This document shows, one piece after another, positions 41,589-55,987 of a stretch of 64,000 nt of DNA. The stretch is from Octopus sinensis (lineage: Eukaryota), in NCBI RefSeq assembly GCF_006345805.1, contig NC_043022.1, positions 13,702,001 to 13,766,000 on the forward strand, read 5' to 3'. Each line of letters begins with the position of its first letter. Position 1 is the stretch's first letter. The position numbers were made by a program, and so were the translations under genes. Below the pieces are notes generated by a model. The model saw only the letters and a list, made by a program, of their open reading frames with translations. It was not told the DNA's origin and did not search any database.

Positions 41589-42619
41589 CATGTGCATATA
41601 TATTTATAGTTATATTCACACTTTGAAATCATAGTTCATCCTCAAATTTTCAATGCAAATCGGTTTAACAAAAGAAATTTTAAAAAAAAAAAAAAACAAA
41701 AGATGAAACAAAGAACAGAAAGAAGAACTAGAGTATTCTGTGACAAAAGGTGTTCAAGTATTTGTGTGTTAACGACGGTGAGATAACGAGCAAAGATGAA
41801 ATGAACAAATTACGAAAACTTAAAACGAAAAAAAACAAACAAACAAAACAAAAAAGACCGTTCAACATTTGTTGAGATTCATTTTTCTTTTTCTTTATGG
41901 TTGATGTAGCTGGGGGTGGGTGGGCGGGTGGATGCTGTCGGTGGGACAGTCAGGGGTGGAATGTGAAATTTAAAAAAACAAAACAAAAATAGAAACATAA
42001 TTACTGGGTTTTTTTTTTTTATATTTTCCTTCTTCATTTTGTTAGGATAAGTATGATACCCTGGGGTATGTCGAAGGAGATTTGGGCTGAAGGAGGATTG
42101 TGTTATAAGCAGGAGAAAAAAAAACAAAAATGAAGAAAAATTATTTAGCAGACCTCAGCAAACAAAGAAAATACACAAAAGCCTCAAAAGCAAAACGAAA
42201 TTAAATAATTTTTCCCTTTTTTAATTATTCTTTTTTTTTTATTGAATTTTCTGAAAAAATAATTCTTTCAATTTCATTTTTTGTTTATCTATTTTTTAAA
42301 AAATTTGTGGCATCTCAAATTAGAATTTAAAAAAAAAAATCAATTGCAATGCCAAAATGTAATATTTTAAAGATTGGTGATTATTTGTTAGTGTGCATAC
42401 ATGCATGCATGTATGTGTGTATGTGTGACAATGTATATATACACTCACACAAACACACATACATATATATATATATATATACATGCATACATATACACAC
42501 ACACATATATGCACACATTTATGTAGGCATAGATATATGTAATCCAGATATCATGTCTATATATATATATATAATTATACATATATAAATATATATAATT
42601 GTATACATATAAATATGTG

Positions 42620-42663
<44 letters not shown>

Positions 42664-43273
42664 CAAATATACATATATATATATGCACATACATTCACAT
42701 GCATATACACACACATATGTATACATATATGTGTGTATGTGTGTACCTATATATGTATATACACACACACATACGCACACTTATTTACAGCCACCCATTC
42801 ATTGTCCACAAAGCCCTTGTTAAATTTTTATTGTTTTTTTTTCTCTTCCATATCTTTCTCCTGGACAGAAGTGAAGTTATTCTGCAGGAGGATCTGATGA
42901 AACCCTCCTGTGTGCATGCATGCGCAATACTGCAGTTATACTTTTTTTTTTGTTTAAAAAAACCCCTGCTTGAGTTCCATAGAAATTACTCTGGAGAGGA
43001 CACGTGATCATTCACTGCGGATCAGTATTTTTCTCCAAGCAAGGAGGATTGTGGGGAAACCTGGGTCTGGATTAAAAACCTCCATTAATACATGTACAGA
43101 TATATTACTACACTGTATACATTTCGTCCCCCACCAAAAAAAAGTGTGTATTAACAGACCATGTGTGTGTGTATGTATATATGTGTGTGTATTCATTTAT
43201 TAGAAATTGAAACTTCACTGTCTCTTCTCTGGGTTTCACATTTTGCAGATCTATAAGATGGCTGATGGGAGAC

Positions 43274-43707
43274 TTAACCCTTTTGCTACAAACTGCTTCA
43301 GACCGGTCCTTAGTTGTATGATTCAAACTGTTTGTTTTAACCCTTCAGCATTCAGAACACTCTGTCAAATGTAATATTTATTTATTCACATTGTTTTGAA
43401 TTAATCATACGCCATCTTGAAATTTGAGATTTTGATGATGTGATTGCTTATTTTTAGAATGACATTATAGGGTAGGTGTGAGAGGCTGGATCTGGCTGGT
43501 TTAGAATATTTGGGCTGGATCTGGCTGGTTTAGAATATTTGGGCTGGGTATGGCTGGTTTAAATGCTAAAGGGTTAAAGTAATCTAAATCTAAACCTTTC
43601 ACCAAAATTTCATGTTAATTTATGTTCCAAAAATTCTTCATTAATTTCCAAATAAATTGTAACAAAGGCAGTGTATTTCAACAGAAATATGGTAACAAAA
43701 GGGTTAA
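43274..43707. mobile_element. Nested piggyBac-type MITEs
   Basis: TTAA|CCCTT...AAGGG|TTAA element 43341-43573 sits in a TTAA inside a second such element, 43278-43703. Confidence 0.75.
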
Positions 43708-44278
43708 AGTGATCTAATTTAAGACTTACCACCAACATTTCACATTAATTTATGATCCAAACACCAGTTTATTAACAACAGTTATTTTACTGAGTCCTTC
43801 GTTATTTTCAAAATAAATTGAAACACAGGCAGTGAATTTCAAAAGAAATTTGATAAAAAAAAAAAAAAGGATCAAATTGTAAAAATTTTATTAGACACAT
43901 CAATTCAATCATTTTATCGGTCATGTTTAAGTAATTCAACGGTTGTTTTGTGGCAACAAGTCTTAGAATGGCAAGTTAGTCATTTCTATTGCTGCTTTAA
44001 TCTTTTTAGTTTCTGGCACTGCTGCTACTACTAACCTATTTTTAACCTATGGGGTTCAGATGTTAACCCTTTTCTAACTGAATTAAATTTTTACGTAAAT
44101 AATTCGCTCTCATGCCTACACATTGACATGATCAGCTACTTGTTGAATGTGTCAGTCAGCTGTATTTCCTGTAATGTTTAAAATAAGCATTCAGCAGATA
44201 CCCTTATATGAGAAGGATAGTTTCTCTATCCTAGTTTCTCTATCCTAGATTATTTTCTCTATCCTAGTTTATAAATGA

Positions 44279-44660
44279 CTAGCAGTATCGCCCGGCGTTG
44301 CTCGGGTTTGTAAGGGAAATAACTATATAAGCATTTTTAGAGATGTAAAGTATAATAGCCATCTCAATATGGCTAACCACAAAGGGGGGGGTGTTACTGT
44401 AGCTTTTTACGTTCTGAGATTTAATAATAAAGTTTTAGAGAGTTACTTCCCTTATATATGCCAAAAATGCATAAAAAATGGGAAAAATTGATGGTAAATT
44501 TTTTTAAAATCGTAGACGTGCGCTAATACCCAGAAGGGCTCGATATGAATCATGACTATAAGATACCCGGTTTTGGTTAAACTGCACCGCAAAATGTGGG
44601 AGTAGTTAGGAATCTAAATCGTAGGAGACAGACACACAACCTTACTTTTATATATAAAGA
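44279..44660 (-). mobile_element. Non-autonomous Helitron-like element
   Basis: Minus strand has 5' TC, 3' CTAG and a subterminal CCCG..CGGG hairpin. Near-identical to 55048-55449. Confidence 0.75.
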
Positions 44661-46945
44661 CTAGTTTATTTTATCAAGTGATAGTGTTCTTCAACTTCCA
44701 AATATGTGTCTTGCCTGCATTGTAGAAGAAGTGCATACTCTGAGTTTGCTGTGTCTTTAATGTGGCACTTCTTGAGAACAACAAGAGACACTTTTAAGAT
44801 CAAAAACAGGCCTAATGTAGTTTATGATATCATAGGCAATCAGGGGATCAATAGTTCGAATATAGTTCCATAATAGAGTTCTCCACCATTTTTTGCCTGA
44901 GGACTCCTTTGATCCCTATTTTGGCCTCAAGTGAACCCTCATAGCAATTTGATGTTTAAAAAATTCTGTTATAGGCACAGGAGTGGCTGTTTGGTAAGAA
45001 GCTTGCTTCCCGACCACATGGTTCTGGGTTCAGTCCCACTGTGTGGCACCTTGGGCAAGTGTCTTCTACTATAGCCTTGGGCCAACCAAAGCCTTGTGGT
45101 AGATGGAAACTGAAAGAAGCCCATTGTATATATATATATATATATGTATATATTTGTGTGTCTATGTTTGTCTTCCCCCCACCATCACTTGATAACCAAT
45201 GTTGGTGTGTTTGTGTCCCCATAACTTAGCAGTTCAGTAAAAGAGAGCGATAGAATAAGTACTAGGCTTACAAAGAGTAAGTCCTGGGGTCAGTTGGTTT
45301 GGCTAAAGGCAGTGCTCCAGCAAGGCCACAGTCAAATGACTGAAACAAGTAAAAGAATAAAATAATACTTTCACAATTAAATATTATCAGAAATTACATA
45401 AAAAAATTTTGTGAAAATATGTTGTTGATATGACGTAGTGGTTAAGAGCACGGGCTACCAACCCCAAGATTCCAAGTTCAATTCCAGGCAGTGACCTGAA
45501 TAATAATAATAAAATATTTTGTGTATCATAGGAATATAACCAATTTATTGCTGATAAATTTTAACAGTAAAATCTTATGTGGACCCTGCCAAGGGTCATG
45601 TGGATCCCTGGTTGAGAACCAGTGATATAATGGCAGCGAGCTGGCAGAAACGTTAGCACGCCGGGCGAAATGCGTAACCGTATTTCGTCTACTGCTACGT
45701 TCTGAGTTCAAATTCCGCCGAGGTCGACTTTGCCTTTCATCCTTTCGGGGTCGATAAATTGAGTACCAGTTACGCACTGGGGTCGATGTAATCGACTTAA
45801 TCCATTTGTCTGTCCTTGTTTGTCCTCTCTGTGTGTAGCCCCTTGTGGGTAGTAAAGAAATAGGTATTTTGTCTGCCGCTACGTTCTGAGTTCAAATTCT
45901 GCCGAGGTCGACTTTGCCTTTCATCCTTTCGGGGTCGATAAATTGAGTACCAGTTACGCACTGGGGTCGATGTAATCGACTTAATCTGTTTGTCTGTCCT
46001 TGTTTGTCTCCTCTGTGTTTAGCCCACTGTGAGCAGTAAAGAAATAGTGAACCACTGATATAGGCTCTGAATAGGTCAATAGGTTGTGAGCCATCACGGC
46101 AGCAGAAACGGCTTACTTCCCACTCTAAGATCTCTTGCCACAAAGGAAAAGACCAGAAAGTGGAACAAAAATTATCAAATGGGTAATTCCAGCTTCCAGT
46201 AAACAAAGAAATAGTTCTGCAGTTTGGATTGCATATTCTCTTCTTCATTTAGTTCACACACTCCAACACACCATACACAGACGCATGCACACACATACAT
46301 ATATATATATGTATATATGTGTGTGTGTGTGTCAGTAGTCGTTCTGTAGTGATCTCTCATTTTTCCGTCCCATAATTACTTCAAAGCTTCCTGTTTGTAA
46401 AAAAGAAATAATTAAAAAAAAAAATAAAGAAAATTATATACTTATATATATTTATGTGCATCAATGCATGTGCATCATAGATGCATTTGTTTTCTCTTGC
46501 ACTCTGTGTGTATATAAAGTGTTGAATAATTCTGCAATGTATGTAAAATAAAATCTATGTATCTGCATGTGTGTGAGTCTGTGTGTGTGTGTGTGTAATT
46601 GTTTTAATGGTCACTTTTCCATGCTTGCATAGGTCTGACAAAATTTGATGCGAAAATTTTTCTACGGCCAGATGCTCTTCCTGTTACCAACCTTCGTCTG
46701 CTTCCAAATAAGGTAATATTTTCTGTAGCTCTTTGAATAATGAACTTCTCAGCAGCTGGAAATGCTGTCACGGAAGAACCTAAACGAAGGACCTCGTTTG
46801 TATGCTGGTGGGTTTTGTTTACAACTAGAATGTTTGTCATGAAAAGAGGTTTGCATATACACACAAGCATAAATAAATGCACTCTCTCACACACACACAG
46901 ATAAATATATACATATATATATTCTCTCCTTGTTTTTTTCTGTGT

Positions 46946-46985
46946 GTCTTTCTGTCGAAGAGCGTAGGCTCGAAACGTAAAAGAC
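46946..46985 (+). ncRNA. Minimal hammerhead motif with A6U core change
   Basis: GTCTTT-CTGTCGA-a-GAGC(gtag)GCTC-GAAA-CG-TA-AAAGAC. A truncated inverted relative lies at ~28620-28733. Confidence 0.6.
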
Positions 46986-49314
46986 TTTTTCTATTTCTAT
47001 TCCTGAGCGCCATACTAATACATTTGTTTGTTTGTACTCCACCTGCCTTCGTCTTTTGTTTATTTTCATAAACTTTCCCGTTACATATATATACACACAC
47101 ACACAGACATACTCACATATACATATATATGTGTGCACAAACACACACATAATGCTTCTTTCAGGTTCTGTTTCGTCCCCCCAATTCTACTCAAAAACCA
47201 TATGTCAATCCATATCGGTATTTAGAAAGCACCAACCATGTCTGCTGTGGGAACGAACCCTGAACCCTGTAGTTCTGAAACAGACTTCTTATCTTTACAT
47301 CCATGCCTGTTTTGTATGTGTTTGTGTATGTAATTCCCAGACAAGTACATCTCCAATATATGTGTGTATGTGTTTACATGTATAATATGTGTGTAAATAT
47401 ATACATATATATATATTTGATAAACACAATACATGTTTTTTTTTTTACGAGCTATTAATAGTTTCATGTGCTGAGAACATGTCAAACAATGTTTTATGAT
47501 GCGTCTGACATCTTGGTACAGTCATCAGGCACAGCCCACATGATATAATGAGCTAAATAATATTAAATAATACCTCCCATTAGACGGAGTATTTTTTTTC
47601 TTGATTTTACCATCACAGAACAGTACATTACACACACACACACACACATATTATGGGCTCTCCTGTCGTTAAATGATGGATGATGGTTCTGTGGTGTATG
47701 TGGGAGATTTGAAATAAGGACACCTACCTTCTCTTCATCGACGCAGACCTCCCCAGCGGTAATGCACCCTTCCACGTGGCCTGACCCGAACGCTAGAAAA
47801 AGCAGCTGCTTTTCCCCTACCTTGACAAAGCGCTCACATGTCCAGCTCTGTCGGCTACCCCAATTGAAAAGGCCCAATGGTCCCCTGCCTGCGCGCGTGT
47901 CATTCCTGCCCCTCCTCTTCCGGTCAGCCCCAAGTTCTGGTCAGCTCCCCACAAGTTCTGCAATTTCTTGGTGAAAAACCTGTACAGATGATTTGTTTAC
48001 AGGGATCAAATGTTTGTGTTACACATTAGCTCACTCCCTCCATCAAACTGACATTACCTGTACAGGTGTGCAAGTGTGCCACATGCGTCAGGTGTCAAAA
48101 TGGTAGCAGAGCAACATGAAAAAGCAATGTTTAGCTCATGAACACAATGTACCGCTCAGTTTGGGAATTGAAACCCTGATCTTGCAATCTCGAATGTAAC
48201 ACACTGAACACTAGGCCATGCACCTTCACTTACCTGTGTATGAAAATTTTGTTGTACCTGACTTTACCGTTTTGGGTGGCTAGGGGAACGCTTTCAACGC
48301 TTTTCATTGGTTCATGTGCATAATTAATCAGTTAATTAATGAAACATCTAGCTCTCAATTATTCTCATCAGACCTGAAATTTATACATGTGTGTGTTTGT
48401 GTGTAAGTATAGCAGTGACAAACAGGAGAAAATGTACTCAATTCTAGAAGTAGAGTATAGGTAATGTAATTCAGTCAGCTGACACCTCATTGGCTGAAAC
48501 TAAGTATTCCATGGATGCTAGGGTATCAGCTTTTGTCAGTCAGGCTCTTTTGAATTTCAATCCCATCCCATTGATTCCACCCCCATCGATCTCCCACACA
48601 AATATATTCACATCTTGCATTTGTTGCTTTTTGCTCTTCGTAGTTTTTAATTATGCAAATTAGGCATACCCATGGCTGTGCGGTTAAGAAGCTCACTTTG
48701 CTTGCAGCCATGGGGTTTCAGGTTCGATCCCACCGTACAGCACCTTGGTCAAATGTCTTTTACTGTAGCTCAGAGCCAACCAATGCCTTGTGAGTTAATT
48801 TGGTAAGAGAAACTGTATGGAAGCCCGTCATACATGTGAGTGTGTGCACGCGTGTTTGCCTTTGTGTTTGTCCTCCATCATCCCGATCGCTTGATAACTG
48901 GTGTTGGTTTGTTTATATCCATCTAAACAAACCAACATCTGTGACTTAGTGGCTCAGCAAAGAAACTGACAGAATAAGTACCTGGCTTTAAAAATCAGTA
49001 CCGGGAGTGATTTGTTCAACTAAATCCTTCAAGGCAGTGCTCCAGCATGGCCAGAGTCCAATGACTGAAGCAAGGAAAATATAAAAGATATGCAAATTAC
49101 CTTTGCCTAAAAGTGTTCCTCTTTTTAAAAAATCTTACGAAGCAAGTTGAAGCTGTACTTTGCTGATGAGGCCTACATACGCATAATTATCTCCCCTTGC
49201 CTCTGACAGCGATCAGCCTATAAATTAAATTGATGAATATATTCCTAGTTTCTTGGAATTAATATTCTTTCTCCTTGGGAGAAGGTCATAATTGGTGATC
49301 TGCTCACTTTCTAC

Positions 49315-49769
49315 ATTATTTACAGTTGACGGATATTTGTCCTCATCTTGTTGTTAACACATTTCGGTTTAGACACCCTCCTGCCTTCATCAGGTGCCTT
49401 GGGGGAATTTCAAACCTGGGTTCTCATTCCGAAGGTATTTTTCGTTGTTGTTGTTGTTGTTATTATTATTATTCAGGTTACTGCCTGGAATTGAATTCGG
49501 CATCTTGGGGCTAGTAGCCCGTGCTCTTAACCACTACGCCATATGCCCATGGGCATATAACTCCAAGATTCCTAGTTCGATTCCAGGCAGTGACCTGAAT
49601 GATAATAATAATAATAATAACAACAACAACATCAAAAAATACCTTAAGAATGAGAACCCAGGTTTGAAATTTCCCCAAGACACCTGATGAAGGCTGGAGA
49701 GTACATCAGCTGAAACGTTGTGTCAACAACAAACAAGATGAGGACAAATATCCGTCAAATGTAAATAAT
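49315..49769. mobile_element. Head-to-head inverted pair of a tRNA-headed, hammerhead-tailed short retroelement
   Basis: Minus copy 49315-49548 has A box TGGCGTAGTGG. Plus copy 49551-49769 has B box GTTCGATTCC. Both have an (AAT)n(AAC)n linker and a hammerhead tail. Junction is an 18-bp palindrome at 49541-58. A head-only copy is at ~45428-45510. Confidence 0.75.
49679..49724 (+). ncRNA. Minimal type I hammerhead, C3-G8 core, in tail of a tRNA-headed element
   Basis: GACAC-CTGATGA-a-GGCTG(gagagtacat)CAGCT-GAAA-CG-TT-GTGTC. Confidence 0.8.
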
Positions 49770-50276
49770 ATATATATATATATATAGGCGCAGGAGTGGC
49801 TGTGTGGTAAGCAGCTTGCTAACCAACCACATGGTTCCGGGTTCAGTCCCACTGCGTGGCATCTTGGGCAAGTGTCTTCTACTATAGCCCCGGGCCGACC
49901 AATGTTTTTGTGAGTGGATTTGGTAGATGGAAACTGAAAGAAGCCCGTCGTATATATGTATATGTGTGTCTGTTTTTGTCCCCCTAGCATTGCTTGACAA
50001 CCGATGCTGGTGTGTTTACGTCCCCGTCACTTAGCGGTTCGGCAAAAAGAGACCGATAGAATAAGTACTGGGCTTACAAAGAATAAGTCCCGGGGTCGAT
50101 TTGCTCGACTAAAGGCGGTGCTCCAGCATGGCCGCAGTCAAATGATTGAAACAAGTAAAAAAAAGAGTATATATATATATATATATATATAATTGTCTGT
50201 AAACATAAATCCAAGAAAAGAAGCACACTCTAAGTTATAGAGGAGTATATATTGAAGTTAGATAAGGCTGGTTTAT

Positions 50277-50337
50277 GAGATTACCTTAGATTTTACATCC
50301 ATAAAGGGCCTGGCTTTATGGCATATCATCAGACCCC
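50277..50337 (-). ncRNA. Decayed hammerhead (G12A)
   Basis: Minus strand reads GGGGT-CTGATGA-tatgCCATAAAG(ccaggcc)CTTTATGGatgt-AAAA-TCTAAGG-TA-ATCTC. Confidence 0.5.
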
Positions 50338-51308
50338 AAAACCCGTTTGCTAAAATATATATACATATATATATATGTATACACAGGGTATGTGTGTGTA
50401 TATCTATCTATCTATCTATCTATATATATGTATGTATGTACATGGTATGTGTTTGTGTGTATATATATATATGTATGTATATACAGAGTGTTTGTGTGTG
50501 TGTATGTATATATATAAATGTACGTACACACTGTTTAACCCCTTTTGATACCGACACACCTGATACCAATTTTCTGCTTCTATGATACAGCCTTCCAGTT
50601 TAAAGTTATCTAAATTAATCCCTTCTTCCATCAAAATTTCATGTTAGTTCATGTCCCAAACACCAGCTTGATAAGGCCAAAGTTACTTTGTTAAATTCTT
50701 CTTTAATTTCATGATTAATTGAAAGAAAGGCAGAGTATATCAACGGAAATATGGTAAGGAAAGGATTAGGGGGTCTAAGCTGGGCAGATAATCTCTCTCT
50801 CACACACTCAAACAAATGTATGCTCTTTCTCTCTCACATACATATATATATACACAGACAAACATATACGTACCCACACGTATATATACACAAACATACA
50901 AATAACATGTATATACACAGACATACATATAAACACAAAAACATGTATACACACACACACACACACGTATATACAGACATAAACATATACATATATCATC
51001 ATCGTTTAGCGTCCGCTTTCCATGCTAGCATGGGTTGGACGGTTCAACTGGGGTCCGGGAAGCCAGAAGGCTGCACCAGGCCCAGTTTGATCTGGCAATG
51101 TTTCTACGGCTGGATGCCCTTCCTAACGCCAACCACTCTGTGAGTGTAGTGGGTGCTTTTTACGTCCCACCGGCACAGCTGCCAGACAAGTCTGGCAAAC
51201 GGCCACGATCGGATGGTGCTTTTTATGTGCCACCGGCACGGGGGCCAGGCGAGGCTGGCAATGGCCACAAACGGATGGTGCTTTTTACATATATACAGAC
51301 ATAAACAT

Positions 51309-51359
<51 letters not shown>

Positions 51360-54300
51360 CAGATTTGTATATACATGCAAACATAAGTACAAATATATAA
51401 AACAAGTACACACACTCACATATAGACATGTATATACATGCAAACAGATACAAATATATATAACGTACACAAACACACTTATATACAGACATATACATAT
51501 ATATATATATATACAGACATGTATATACATGCAAACATATGTACAAATATATATAATATACACACACACACGCACATATATACAGACATTAATATATACA
51601 TGCATACAAATATATATACACATGTACACACACCCATATATACAAACATAAACATACACATATAGATATATACAGACATGTATATACGTGCAAACATACG
51701 TACAAATATATATAACATGTACACACACACACACACGTGTAATTTCTTTTAGCAAAGGTGGTTTTGGCTGATCCTATCAATCTTTGCAGTTGCTTCAGTT
51801 ATGGTATTTGTTTATTGTTTTAATCTTTGTCTTATCAAATCTCCAAGGTACGTAAAGCAGACACAGCATAAATAACACTGGTTTTTACACTATCATAATT
51901 ACAAATCCAGACACATACCACCACCACCACCACCATCCCTGTATGCTGTTTTTATATTCAATGTCTCCACAAACAACCATCATGTAGCTGCTGTCTAATG
52001 TCTCTCTTTCAATACTCCATCCTGCTCTCTCTCTCTCTCTCTCCCTTCTTTCTCTCTCCCTTTCTTTCTCTCTCTCTCCCTTTCTTTCTCTCTTCCTTTC
52101 TCTCTCTCTCTCCCTTTCTTTCTCTCTCTCTCCCTTTCTTTCTCTCTTCCTTTCTCTCTCTCTCCCTTTCTTTCTCTCTTCTTTTCTCTCTCTCCCTTTC
52201 TTTCTCTCTCTCTCTCTCCCTTTCCTTCTCTCTTCCTTTTTCTCTCTCTCTCCCTTTCTCTCTCTCTCCTTTCTCACTCTCACTATTTCTCCAGTCATAC
52301 CCACACTCTCTTCTTTCATTCTCTCTCTATCATCCCTCACTCTTCTGTTCACCCTCTTAGTCAGAGATGCCCTGAATAAATAGATCTAATATACACAGTA
52401 ATGGAGACTCTTTGGCATTGCTGAGGGCAAAGCGAACTCTTTAGAGCTGGTGCCATGATAAATGTACACAATACACTCTGTGAAGTGTTTGGCATTAGGA
52501 TAGGCATGCAACCATAGAAATGGTGCCAAAAATGCAATGTTTATAAGCAAGACATGCTCCCTCTGCCCCATCTGGGGGTTCTATAACTCCAAGTCAGAAG
52601 ATACAGACCATGACAAACTGTCCAACTCCTGCCAGCTTGGGAGGCGGACATAGGATGATAATGATGATGATGATGATGCTTATTCATTATATATAAAATA
52701 TATTATTCATTGGCAGAAATTATAGAGTGACTCAAGGGTCAAGAGGTTTGTCCTTAGATATGTTATTAAACTGGCTCAAATTATAATTGATTAATAAGTG
52801 TATGTGCATCTGTGTGTGTGTATGTATATATATACACACATACATATACAGGTTGGCCCAAAAGTAGGTTTACAGTTATCACGTAGGCATTTTAAATTTC
52901 TTTTAAAACATTTTATTACATTTAAATTTCTATCTTGTATATATTATGTAAGAAATTTTATATATATCTTACATATATATATATTAAATTTCTATCTTAT
53001 ATATATATATATGTGTGGATGTGGGTTTCTTTAAAACTAAACTGGATCTCTTCTTGTCGGGAGTCCCAGATGAACCTACCTCACGACAGGAGACGCGAAT
53101 GCGGGCAGCAGCATCGAACTCCCTTGTTGATCAAGTGCCACGTATCAGAGGTGGATTCACAAATTAGTGTAGCTCATTCAGCGGTGGTGCCCCAGCATGG
53201 CCGCGGCCTTCGGGCTAAAACATTTTTAAGGATTTATATATATATATATATATATTGGTGTGTGTTTGTGTAAATATATATGTGTGTGTATGTCTGTATA
53301 TATATATATTATATATATATACACACCCGCATACAGGATGGCCCAAAAGTAGGTTTACAGTTATCACGTTGGCCGAGGTCAGCTTTGCCTTTCATCCTTT
53401 CAGGGTCGATAAATTAAGTACCATAGTAATAGTTCTATATACATTAGACTGCATCAAGCATACACACATGTACATGCAGCTACACTGGCACACACATACA
53501 TAAGAATATATACGCCTACATGTGCACATGCTGTGACACTCTGTCGGTTATGACGACGAGGGTTGCAGTTGGTTCGATCATCGGAACAGCCTGCTTGTGA
53601 GATTAATGTGCAAGTGGCTGAGCACTCCACAGACACGTGTACCCTTAACGTAGGTCTCGGGGAGATTCAGCGTGACACAGAGAGTGACAAGACTGGCTCC
53701 CTTTGAAAATACAGGTACAACAGAAACAGGAAGAAAGAGTGAGAGAAGGTTATGGTGAAAGAGTACAGTAGGGTTCGCCACCAAACCCTGCCGGAGCCTC
53801 GTGGAGCTTTTTAGGTGTTTTCGCTCAATAATCACGCACTACTTGTGAAATTAATGTGCAAGTGGCTGAGTACACCACAGACACAAGCACCATTAACGCA
53901 GTTCTTGTGGAGATTCAGCGTGACACAGAGTGTGACAGGTCTGGCCCCTTTGAAATACATGTACAACAGAAACAGGAAGAAAGAGTGAGAGAAAGCTGTG
54001 GTGAAAGAGTACAGTAGGGTTCGCCACCACCCCCTGCCAGAGCCTCATGGGGCTTTTTAGGTGTTTTCGCTCAATAAACACTCACAATGCCCAGTCTAGG
54101 AATCGAAACCGCAATCCTACAACCGCAAGTCCACTGGCTTAACCACTGGGCCGTTGCGCCTCTGCTATATTCACATACACATATGCACACACACACATAC
54201 ATGTATATATTGACCCTATTTATTCACACTCCATACATATCATACACTATTATGTTTTCCACCAAAGCAACTCAAACACACACATATATGGACGTGTGTG

Positions 54301-54519
54301 TGTGTATATAACAAAGTAATTAGAAATATTTTTAATGTAAAATAAATAGGCATAGGAGTGGCTGTGTGGTAAGTAGCTTGCTTACCAACCACATGGGCCC
54401 GGGTTCAGTCCCACTGTGTGGCACCTTGAGCAAGTGTCTTCTACTATAGCCCCGGGCCGACCAATGCCTTGTGAGTGGATTTGGTAGACAGAAACTGAAA
54501 GAAGCCTGTCGTATATATG

Positions 54520-54550
<31 letters not shown>

Positions 54551-55047
54551 CTGTGTTTGTCCCCCTAGCATTGCTTGACAACCGATGCTGGTGTGTTTAC
54601 GTCCCCGTCACTTAGCGGTTCGGCAAAAAAGAGACCGATAGAATAAGTACTAGGCTTACAAAAGAATAAGTACCGGGGTCGATTTGCTCGACTAACGGCG
54701 GTGCTCCAGCATGGCCGCAGTCAAATGACTGAAACAAGTAAAAGAGAGAGTATTATGTTTTCCACCAAAGCAACACAAAAACACACATATATGGCTGTGT
54801 GTGTGTATAACAGTAATTGGAAATATTTTTAATGTAAAATAAATAAATACTGCCACTGATTCTAAATGTTTCTAGGTTAATTTGAAGAAGGAATATGGAT
54901 AAATTTTCTGTGATGTTTGGTCTGGTCTGGTTTGTCCTCCATTCGTTCCAGTGAACTAGAAGCTGGGTTTGGAGTTGTTCTACTGGCTTTTTTTTTTGTT
55001 TTTTGTTTTGGTTTTGGCTCTTCTATTGTTAAGAAATGTATAACACA

Positions 55048-55449
55048 CTAGCAGTATCGCCCGGCGTTGCTCGGGTTTGTAAGGGAAATAACTATATAAG
55101 CATTTTTAGAGATGTAAAGTATAATAGCCATCTCAATATGGCTAACTACAAAGTGGGGGGTGTTACTGTAGCTTTTTACGTTCTGAGATTTAATAATACA
55201 TTTTTAGAGAGTTACTTCCCTTATATAATAGCAAAAAAATGCATTAAAAAATGGGGAAAATTGATGGTAGATTTTTTTTTAAATCGTAGACTCATCGTAG
55301 ACGTGCGCTAATACCCAGAAGGGCTCGATATGAATCACAACTATAAGATACCCGCTTTTGGTTAAACTGCACCGCAAAATGTTGGAGTAGTTAGGAATCT
55401 AAATCGTAGGAGACAGACACTCACACAACTTCAGTTTTATATATAAAGA
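55048..55449 (-). mobile_element. Non-autonomous Helitron-like element
   Basis: A|TC...CTAG|T on the minus strand, no TSD, subterminal hairpin. Confidence 0.8.
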
Positions 55450-55709
55450 TTACACATGCAGGATTCTTATACATACACACAGTTACACGATCACACACAC
55501 ACACACACACACATATTCACTGCAGCTCAGTGCAATCCACTGGTTCAGCAGTTCCTGTTGAAGTGTCCAACCCATGCCAGCATGAAAAAGAGACATTAAA
55601 TGACGATGGTGATATATACATGTATATATATATATATATGTGTGTGTGTTTCGTTTTTTGGATTTGGTTTGCAAGATTCTTTATGTGAGTTCGTGTGTTG
55701 AAGCATATT

Positions 55710-55937
55710 CTGTTGTGTCTGGGGAGAGTCATTCTCTTTTAGTGCCCTATTATTTAACACATTCACCGGTAAAATTTCCACTTATTTAGTCTTCAATAGT
55801 CTTCAAGTCTATTGAAAAGGTTGCAAGACGCAACGAAAATTTTAGAAAATAAAAATAAGAAATAAGTGGAAATTTTAGCGGTGAGTGTTTTAAATAATAA
55901 GGCACAAAAAGAAAATGACTCTCTCCAGACACAACAG
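55710..55937. repeat. Fold-back inverted repeat, ~77-bp arms, hammerhead in the spacer
   Basis: 55710-55787 is the imperfect reverse complement of 55860-55937. Confidence 0.9.
55808..55846 (+). ncRNA. Hammerhead variant with U3-A8 core
   Basis: TCTA-TTGAAAA-g-GTTGC(aagac)GCAAC-GAAA-AT-TT-TAGA. Confidence 0.65.
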
Positions 55938-55987
55938 TATATGTATGTGTATATACATATGTGTGTGTGTGTGGGTACATATATATA

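Noticed and set aside
42884-42910. CAGGAGG-atCTGATGAAAC-CCTCCTG hairpin resembling a hammerhead or C/D box
   Set aside because: There is no stem II, stem III or cleavage triplet, so it is probably chance.
47700-47980. GC-rich unique island with short ORFs
   Set aside because: No recognisable motif, splice pattern or repeat family.
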